A DNA stretch of 30,644 bases from a virus (taxonomy: Duplodnaviria > Caudoviricetes), in IMG/VR virus record IMGVR_UViG_3300006867_000048, positions 1-30,644 of that record; one strand, given 5' to 3'. Shown one piece after another: positions 17,477-23,858 of this stretch (position 1 is its first letter; every line of letters starts with the position of its first letter). A program made the translations under genes and the position numbers. The notes beneath the pieces are model-generated. The model did no database searches. It was not told the origin of the DNA and saw nothing but the letters and a program-made list of their open reading frames with translations.

Positions 17477-17764
17477 TTACATGATCTTTGTGGATTCCAT
17501 GGTAGGCTCAGAATCTACGACAATTCCGCTGTCTCTGGTGATGCTGAAATCTTCGTTGTCTATGGAATCACTGAGTTTTTTGGTAATTCCAGCTTTTACC
17601 ATTTCTGCCAGCTTTTGTAGTTGTTTTAGTTTTTTTAGTTCTTCCGCGTTTTTATCAACTTTCTCGTTAACTTTGGCAATTATGGAATCAATCTCTTCTT
17701 CAGTGATTTCACCCATGATGGCTCTTTCAGTGAGTTGATTGATTGTAGGTATTCGGTTGTTCAT
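17477..17764 (-). CDS. coiled-coil protein, paralog of 19327-19695
   Basis: PTINQ...KLSDSIDNED...SGIV...ESTKIM. Confidence 0.85.
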   Translation of the reverse strand: MNNRIPTINQLTERAIMGEITEEEIDSIIAKVNEKVDKNAEELKKLKQLQKLAEMVKAGITKKLSDSIDNEDFSITRDSGIVVDSEPTMESTKIM

Positions 17765-17990
17765 AGTGATTATGGTTTTTATATTATAGGTTTCGTAATT
17801 GGCATAGCTCTCATAGCTTTACCATATATACAGTATAGCACATATTTACCATAATGCAATAGCGCGTATGCGCCATGTTCAAATAGACAGTGCCAAATAG
17901 AGTAGTGTGCAGGTGAACAGTGTTCACCTGAACGTCTACAAGGGTGTTCGGATGAACAGTAGTGCTCTACTGTTCACCCAAACAGTGGGG

Positions 17991-18203
17991 TTATGCTACG
18001 GGCACGGGGCGGATTTCGATGGGTTTGATTTGCGCTCGTCTGAATTGGCGTGTGTATTGTTTGCGCGGAGCGGGATTTCCCGCGTATTCCACTTTGAGAG
18101 TGAGAGTGGCTTCGCTTTCCTTCACAGGCGTATCGTCTGATACGATGAAAGTTTTTGTTCTGCCTTTGGCATTGGTATATAAGAAGTATGTTCCTTTTTT
18201 CAT
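17991..18203 (-). CDS. small basic protein, paralog of 17106-17291
   Basis: KGRTKTFIV...YAGNPAPRKQYTRQF; TTGCCT-16-TATGAT-8-ATG. Confidence 0.85.
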   Translation of the reverse strand: MKKGTYFLYTNAKGRTKTFIVSDDTPVKESEATLTLKVEYAGNPAPRKQYTRQFRRAQIKPIEIRPVPVA

Positions 18204-18354
18204 GACTCCACATCATACCCTATCTGACCAAATAGGCAAATAACACGTATAGCACGATTGCGTAGTGTTCATTTGAACGTTGACACTACTGTTCATTTGA
18301 ACACTGGCACGATGACGCCATTGTGTCACTGTCTATGTGTGCTATACTGTTAAC

Positions 18355-18576
18355 ATGTACTTACTATTAGGATTATCACTGTTCACCATCTCAGTAGCTT
18401 GTTTTTGGACACTTGTTCACTTGCACAGTAGTAGAGATATAGAGGAATTACATCCAGTGTTATTTTGGACACTGTTGGTAATTACTGTTGTTCAAATTTG
18501 CGGCACTAATCTGGTGTTCGCATTACCACTGTTAATTTGTGGTATAGACCAGTTTTTTTGTATAGTGCTCAAATAG
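18355..18576 (+). CDS. hydrophobic 73-aa protein overlapping degenerate palindrome array
   Basis: CACGATGACG box, TTGTGT(18321)-16-TATACT(18343)-6-ATG(18355). Confidence 0.5.
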   Translation: MYLLLGLSLFTISVACFWTLVHLHSSRDIEELHPVLFWTLLVITVVQICGTNLVFALPLLICGIDQFFCIVLK

Positions 18577-18684
18577 ACATTACTGTGAGCCTGAACACTG
18601 TTCAGGCGAACGTTGACACTACTGTTCAGATGAACACCTGTGCCCATCTGAACAGTGTGCTATCCTCTAGCTAGTATGGGGGTT

Positions 18685-19023
18685 CTAGCTAGTATGGATA
18701 ACCCGACCTCTATGAAAAGTAAAGATTTCCCATTTATCATGAATTTTAACAAGAACATGACAGTCACAATGGGCATACCTACTATAATTTTCGGCGCTAG
18801 TCAAGTTCTTATCTTGAGTATAATTTCTATCATAGCCAAAACAACCGCCATCAGAACAGATACTATATTCCACAGATCCTTTCTGTAGTATCCATAATTT
18901 CCGTCCACAGTCCATATCAGTATGGTCTATCGAAAAACCAGAATTGTCAGGGTGCTCGGTGAGTGTTACATCTTCTATACTGATGATAGTAGATCCATTA
19001 GTTGCATTTTCAATAGTTTTCAT
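18685..19023 (-). CDS. hypothetical protein
   Basis: 112 aa; promoter TTGCAT-16-TACCTT upstream. Confidence 0.75.
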   Translation of the reverse strand: MKTIENATNGSTIISIEDVTLTEHPDNSGFSIDHTDMDCGRKLWILQKGSVEYSICSDGGCFGYDRNYTQDKNLTSAENYSRYAHCDCHVLVKIHDKWEIFTFHRGRVIHTS

Positions 19024-19263
19024 AAGAGTCGGTATTTTTAAGGTTGAGTAAGATTATCCTAACCTTACCATACATACAAGGTAGCACAGAATTACCATAA
19101 TGCAATGGCGCATATAGGCCATGTTCTAGTGAACACTGGTCAAATGAGTAGGTGTCAAATAGAGCACTGTTCAAGCGAACACTGTTCATCTGAACGGCTG
19201 TACTACTGTTCAGATGAACAGTAACGTCCACCTGAACAGTATGTGCTTATGGTATTTATGGCT

Positions 19264-19317
19264 TTAGCCAACCGCTACCACGATTGCGATCACTATGAAG
19301 ATTATGACTACTATCAT
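19264..19317 (-). CDS. 17-aa hydrophobic micropeptide
   Basis: MIVVIIFIVIAIVVAVG; positional paralog at 17417-17473. Confidence 0.6.
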   Translation of the reverse strand: MIVVIIFIVIAIVVAVG

Positions 19318-19326
19318 ATCTTCAAC

Positions 19327-19695
19327 CTACATGACTTTTGTGGATTCTTCGACAGTGTTCTCATGAACAGTGTCTTCGATTACGATGCCGGAATTCTTAG
19401 TCCAGTCGGTAGTCTGGAGATCTTCGTTGTCAATGCTTGCTGACAGTTTAGCCATGGCCATATCCAGCATATCCTGATAGGCAACATATTCCGACCTTTT
19501 GGCTTCGTTAAGCTTTATTTTCTCTTCGGCTTTATCGATCTTCGCCTGTTCTTTATCATTAAGTTCATCGAACCTTTCCAATTTGGCATCCAGTAATGTT
19601 TGGATTTGTTGATAGTCTGCCTCACTGTATTTTCCCTTAGCGTGAGAACCAGCGAATTGGTTGATAGTCGGCAGCTTAGTAATTTCAGATTTCAT
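19327..19695 (-). CDS. coiled-coil protein, paralog of 17477-17764
   Basis: LPTINQ...KLSASIDNED...SGIV...ESTKVM; promoter TTGCGA(19779-19784)-17-TATGAT(19756-19761). Confidence 0.85.
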   Translation of the reverse strand: MKSEITKLPTINQFAGSHAKGKYSEADYQQIQTLLDAKLERFDELNDKEQAKIDKAEEKIKLNEAKRSEYVAYQDMLDMAMAKLSASIDNEDLQTTDWTKNSGIVIEDTVHENTVEESTKVM

Positions 19696-19823
19696 GTATT
19701 ATTAATGTAGGTTTATTTTCAGTGTGGTTGAAGTTGTCTCAACCATCGTGATAGCATCATAGTCGATTTTTCGCTGCATCGCAATGGCGTCATCGCGTAT
19801 CTTGTCTAACCCGCATGAACAGA

Positions 19824-19888
19824 GGGGTAGGGGGTTTGTTGAAATTCCGCATAACTTAACTAAATCGGAAATCGAGGGGGGGGTGGGG
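19824..19888 (+). other. G-tract boundary element (candidate genome terminus or packaging site)
   Basis: GGGGTAGGGGG (19824-19834) and G8-T-G4 (19876-19888) at the right edge of the repeat-rich region. Confidence 0.4.
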
Positions 19889-20090
19889 CTTACTAAAAAT
19901 ATCCCAAACCAAAACAGGATCGAAGCATCTAAACAGATCTCAAAAATAGGCGGCACCAAAAATAGGCAACACACATTCTGACCAAACCAAAAAAACTAAG
20001 ACAGTTGATGGCACAAATGTCCATAGCGCCGAATTATATTCCGCCAAAACGTTATATATTATGCGGTTCTGGCGTAATTAAAGCTAAAAA

Positions 20091-20126
20091 GAAAAAGCGC
20101 CAATCCCCGCTAAAGGATCGGCGCTA
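20091..20126 (-). terminator. intrinsic terminator of the DUF2828 transcript
   Basis: Minus strand AGCGCCGATCC-TTTAGCGG-GGATTGGCGCT followed by T-rich run. Confidence 0.75.
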
Positions 20127-20296
20127 ACTTCATAGTTCCCTGTAACTCAAGAACTATTCGCGAAGTTTATTTCTACAATCTAGTTAAAGTCTATTTGCAA
20201 AGACTAACTCCGTTTAAAGATAAATGGAGTCACAACTCACTTTTGTTTTTATTTAAAGAGTGGACGCAAAGATACAAAAACCCACTCCGCTACAAA

Positions 20297-21778
20297 TTAC
20301 TCGACTGCTGCATAGCGTTCACTTTCGATCACCGCATCCATCATATCAACTGGTGTCATGACTTCTACAGCAAGCGCCGATTTTAAAATCGATGGTGAAG
20401 CTCCTGATACGAGACATGTGCCTCGATCATCCTTTGTTACTGGTTGATCTTTACCATAGGCATTCACATTCCAGAATACAACTTCAGGGAATTTATAACC
20501 AGCAGCTTCAAATTTCTTTTTCGCCGCTTCGTAGTTAGTCCCTGTGTTATCACAGGCTTGATCAAATTGCATATCACTCACGATGAAAAGAGTATCAATC
20601 ATTTCATCTGCATCAATGTTATTAGCTACCGCAGTTGACAGTATAAGATCAAACGCTGCTTGAAGGTTTGTTGAACCCCAATAACCACCTTTCTCATTTA
20701 GGTGCGCAACTTTTTCATAGATATTGCTACCTTTGATTGTTACAAGTTCCGCGCTTGAAGAAAATGGCATATAGCAGTCTTTCCAAACACCTTCGTTACG
20801 TTCCGCAATATAGATGCTCAATGATAGAGCAACATCAATTGGACTTACTGAGTCGTTACGTCCACCGTAGTAACCTGATGATCCCATTGATCCAGATTGG
20901 TCCGCTAGAACCAGTCCATTGAATGGAGTCACGTAGTTTGGCAGGTTATCCCACTGCAACGAGATCGTTTGATCAAATGACTTACCATAAGTCTTACGAA
21001 TCAAGTCATAAGGGTATAGCGTCGATGTTTGAATCTTAGCGTCACCTTTCTCTACTTTTTCAAGATATTTCTGGTATCGCTGATCTGTTTCGATATCGTG
21101 ACGACCAAACGCCTTACGATAAATCATTGCTGCACGAGAAGGAATCTTTTCGTAATCAATCTCGCTCCAGTTTCCACTACACATTTCGCGTTCTACAACG
21201 TTCAAACGTGCACGGAGTGATGACAATGCTTTACGATAGCTTTTTTCATCTACTTCTAAATCCTTGATGAATTCACGCGCCAATTCACGTGTTGCCGCAG
21301 ATGATGTGTTTGCCGATGGCATCCACTTCGCTAGCAATGATGGAAACTCTGCTTCAAGATCTTCCTGAAACTGTTCAAGGATCACTTCTTTAGCCAAAGA
21401 CCAAAGTGAAGTTCCACGTAGTGCAAAATAGTCATCCCAACGTCCATATTCAGGAATCAGGTTAATGTTTCGCGCCAACGCATCTTTGTGAACGTTCGCT
21501 AAGTAGTTATAGATCGTGCGAGGAACTTTACGTTCACCCGCTCCACCACGAACATCTCGCGCCCAAAACAAAATTTTCAATGCTTTGGTTGGATCTTCAC
21601 CATATGCGGCTGAGAACGCATTAATCACTTCCTGATCGCTTCGTGCTCGCATTGATCCAATGCTTCCGAATAAGTCTACACAGTTGTTCAATGACGACTT
21701 GTTTGACTTTGCTCCTTTGTGGTTTACAGTTGCATTTGCACGCTTCTGTAGTCCGTCTTTTAGCTTATTAGTGCTCAT
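20297..21778 (-). CDS. DUF2828 family protein (TROVE/Ro60-like helical domain + vWA); start revised to MSTNKL at 21778
   Basis: LFWARDVRGGAGER, PEYGRWDD, LAKWMP, LYPYD, MIDAS DQSGSM, STNL, SDMQFD, VFWNV, LVSG. Confidence 0.88.
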   Translation of the reverse strand: MSTNKLKDGLQKRANATVNHKGAKSNKSSLNNCVDLFGSIGSMRARSDQEVINAFSAAYGEDPTKALKILFWARDVRGGAGERKVPRTIYNYLANVHKDALARNINLIPEYGRWDDYFALRGTSLWSLAKEVILEQFQEDLEAEFPSLLAKWMPSANTSSAATRELAREFIKDLEVDEKSYRKALSSLRARLNVVEREMCSGNWSEIDYEKIPSRAAMIYRKAFGRHDIETDQRYQKYLEKVEKGDAKIQTSTLYPYDLIRKTYGKSFDQTISLQWDNLPNYVTPFNGLVLADQSGSMGSSGYYGGRNDSVSPIDVALSLSIYIAERNEGVWKDCYMPFSSSAELVTIKGSNIYEKVAHLNEKGGYWGSTNLQAAFDLILSTAVANNIDADEMIDTLFIVSDMQFDQACDNTGTNYEAAKKKFEAAGYKFPEVVFWNVNAYGKDQPVTKDDRGTCLVSGASPSILKSALAVEVMTPVDMMDAVIESERYAAVE

Positions 21779-21849
21779 TTTCTCTCTTGTTGATTTTGCC
21801 ACAGTTGATGTTGCCGTTACAGTTGTTGATGCTACTGTCGAGAAAGGAC

Positions 21850-21942
21850 AAGATACAATTATTTTTGCCGTCTTTGGCAAAATGCAATGTTGGTGCATTT
21901 TCGTGGAATCGAGCCACAAGATTTGTTTGCTGTATGTATCTT
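21850..21942 (-). ncRNA. putative permuted tRNA-like (Y-RNA/YrlA-like) element
   Basis: Closing stem AAGATACA/TGTATCTT enclosing T-arm TGTGG-CTCGATT-CCACG, 7-bp acceptor-like stem with ACCA in its loop, then a small GCC/GGC hairpin. Confidence 0.6.
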
Positions 21943-21953
21943 AAAAGATCCTC

Positions 21954-22010
21954 GATGCATTTATTTTTCCTTAATAATGATAGAATAAATGTATGTTTGC
22001 TGACCACATC
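21954..22010 (-). ncRNA. second CAGCAAAC-containing stem-loop element
   Basis: AGATGTGGT-CAGCAAAC parallels AGATACATA-CAGCAAAC of the first element; internal stem ATACATTTATT/AATAAATGCAT. Confidence 0.4.
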
Positions 22011-22049
22011 TAAATTTTTAAAAAGTTAGAGATTATCTTCTCTAAACTT

Positions 22050-22077
22050 ATTATACGTCCAAAATGGGATTTGTCAA
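22050..22077 (-). promoter_or_regulatory. consensus promoter for the ncRNA-DUF2828 unit
   Basis: TTGACA-16 bp-TATAAT; about 265-nt leader before ATG 21778. Confidence 0.85.
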
Positions 22078-22135
22078 CATCTTTTTTAGGTTTTTTTAAT
22101 TTTTGAGAGCTGATAGAAATTGTCTATCGCTCATT

Positions 22136-22897
22136 TTAGTAACAGAGTTCATTAGCGTGTTTAACGATATCAAATGTTGGATGGCTCATTAACTTTTTTG
22201 CTGCCGCAAATTTTTCTTTGTTTTGTGACCATATTTTTCCAATTACTGGAAATTCATTGTTGAACTGTTGCTCCATCGCATCTGCTAAGACACGAATCTC
22301 CGATTGCGCATGAGAATCTGTGCGCAAACCCAAAAAATGCATAAGGTTATGAAGATCGACATTTACTGTTATTGCTGTCATTAAGTTTAGCGGCAAGATC
22401 ATTCGCGCTTGCTCTTTCGCTACATTCTCATCTAACATATGAGAGTAAAGTCCATAAGCTTTTTCACACAGTTCCTCTATCTCCTCGCTAAAGAAAATGG
22501 CTAACTCCTTATAGGCTTCACCTTTCTCGTGGAGTTTGCCGCCTGAACCCTGTTTATTACCTGTCTCATTCTGAATTCTCCATTCATCATAGGTAGGTAT
22601 ATAAAAATCGTCACGCATCTCAGAATATCGTCCGCTTTCTTCATTAAGGCGAAATGTGCGGTGACGCACAAATTGGCGCATGACAAAAATTGGCATTCGA
22701 ATTTCAAACGTAATGCTTGCTTGTTCGAACGGGGAGGAATGGCGGTTGCTCAGAAGATAGTTCAACAGTCTAGTATCCTGCTTCTCACCCTTTAACGCCG
22801 TTGCTCCGTAACTCTGTCGTGCTGCCTTAACTGGAGTCCAATCATCCCCCAATACGTCAACGACCCTACAAAAACCTAAATCGTGATATAGATTCAT
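22136..22897 (-). CDS. thyX: FAD-dependent thymidylate synthase
   Basis: AARQSY, HSSPFE, RQFVRHR...NEESGRY, EQARMILP, HAQSEIR. Confidence 0.97.
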   Translation of the reverse strand: MNLYHDLGFCRVVDVLGDDWTPVKAARQSYGATALKGEKQDTRLLNYLLSNRHSSPFEQASITFEIRMPIFVMRQFVRHRTFRLNEESGRYSEMRDDFYIPTYDEWRIQNETGNKQGSGGKLHEKGEAYKELAIFFSEEIEELCEKAYGLYSHMLDENVAKEQARMILPLNLMTAITVNVDLHNLMHFLGLRTDSHAQSEIRVLADAMEQQFNNEFPVIGKIWSQNKEKFAAAKKLMSHPTFDIVKHANELCY

Positions 22898-23025
22898 AAT
22901 TCTATGCGTTCCTGTTGTTCCTGTTCCTGCTCAAGCTTCTCGCGTTCCTTTTTAAAATGAAGATGGCGTTCCCATGCGCCAATCCCCGCACCGCCCAAAA
23001 CAATTAGTAACAGCAAAATCTCCAT
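22894..23025 (-). CDS. 43-aa membrane-anchored protein (not in ORF track)
   Basis: MEILLLLIVLGGAGIGAWERH...; ATGA overlap with thyX. Confidence 0.65.
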   Translation of the reverse strand: MEILLLLIVLGGAGIGAWERHLHFKKEREKLEQEQEQQERIEL

Positions 23026-23029
23026 ATTT

Positions 23030-23500
23030 TTATATTACTTCAATTTCGGAGTTATCAAGACGATTTTCGACATATTCGTCAAGTGCGCGGTCATAGTCAT
23101 CATCAGAATTTCCCAACGACAATGGGTCATCCGAAGAATAACAACCAGCTAATTCATATGGATCGTCACCTTTTTTCAGTCGTTCTAATATGTGTGACAA
23201 TTCACATTGCGTAAAAATTGTTCGAAATTGCTCCGCGCCAAACAATACCTCTTGAAAAATAGTATATTCCTCAGGAACCGTATATTGATTCAACACTTTT
23301 GGGGTGGATAATGTCGTACTCAAGTGTGATATTGACTGTTCATAAACATTAACGCATTCAGTGCCACTATGAATATAATCGGCTGTTTTTCCGTCTTTCA
23401 AAACTTGAAAGACATAAGAGGCAGTTATTCATTGGTGACAATTATAAATATCCCAAAAATTTCGCGTTTTGGTATGTTCGATTAAATCATCTAATGTCAT
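23030..23500 (-). pseudogene. acidic hypothetical protein with in-frame TGA at 23429-23431
   Basis: TTGACA-16-TAGTCT-6-ATG(23500); MTLDDLIEHTKTRNFWDIYNCHQ*ITASYVFQVLKDGK... continues in frame with track ORF 23030..23401. Confidence 0.6.
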
Positions 23501-23558
23501 AGCGCCAGACTATCATCCTTTTTAAGCTTGTCAAGTAAAAAAGTGTGTAATTATACAC

Positions 23559-23858
23559 ATGGATCTCTTACACCGAATTCATATCTGCTCATCTGGCGAC
23601 CTCGCTGGTTATAAGACGGAAATGCAAAATGCCTACAATAGTGGGCTTTTCGACTTGCAATATGTGGAAAATCATGTTGGCCGTGAATTTAATAGGCGAT
23701 GTGATGCTTATGGTGCAACTGATAAAATAATTCCACACAGCGGGCATTTTAGACCTTATGATTATGCAGCGTCAATCTCAACAGGGGTTAATGACATTGT
23801 ATTGATTGGCGGTGACGATATACGACTAATCGATGGTGGTGATATGTTGGCGATTTGA
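23559..23858 (+). CDS. hypothetical protein
   Basis: First gene of + strand block; GTGTAAT 7 nt upstream. Confidence 0.75.
   Translation: MDLLHRIHICSSGDLAGYKTEMQNAYNSGLFDLQYVENHVGREFNRRCDAYGATDKIIPHSGHFRPYDYAASISTGVNDIVLIGGDDIRLIDGGDMLAI

Larger units (their letters stand above)
4030..19369. repeat. dispersed palindromic site family TGTTC-N4-GAACA (extended YACTGTTCANNTGAACAGT)
   Basis: Exact copies start at 4044, 6868, 8169, 9278, 10488, 10532, 11282, 11813, 12917, 13505, 14025, 15417, 15449, 15963, 16381, 17078, 17345, 17375, 17945, 18290, 18623, 19122, 19168, 19207, 19356; at least 10 further 1-2 mismatch copies. Confidence 0.97.

Noticed and set aside
4030-19369. CRISPR array formed by the palindromic repeats
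   Set aside because: Spacing is irregular (15 bp to 2.8 kb), intervening sequences are whole genes, and no cas genes are present
4044-19369. Canonical parS or E. coli Chi
   Set aside because: parS is 16 bp (TGTTNCACGTGAAACA) with a fixed centre; the arm CACGGTGG differs from GCTGGTGG; only analogy is retained
6776-19981. ORFs across repeat clusters (6776..7072, 15970..16158, 17907..18140, 19010..19231, 19702..19974, 19784..19981)
   Set aside because: Recurring VQMNS/VHLNS peptides are just the translated palindrome, or the ORFs span promoters and the G-tract without initiation signals
21779-21919. 47-aa N-terminal extension of DUF2828 in the ORF track
   Set aside because: TTG start inside the structured RNA element; ATG at 21778 matches expected family start
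21850-21942. Canonical tRNA gene
   Set aside because: Arm order is permuted and there is no anticodon arm
8638-23500. Alternative genetic code (TGA or TAG recoded)
   Set aside because: Long conserved genes are uninterrupted, many genes end in TAG or TGA, and ATGA stop-start overlaps are frequent
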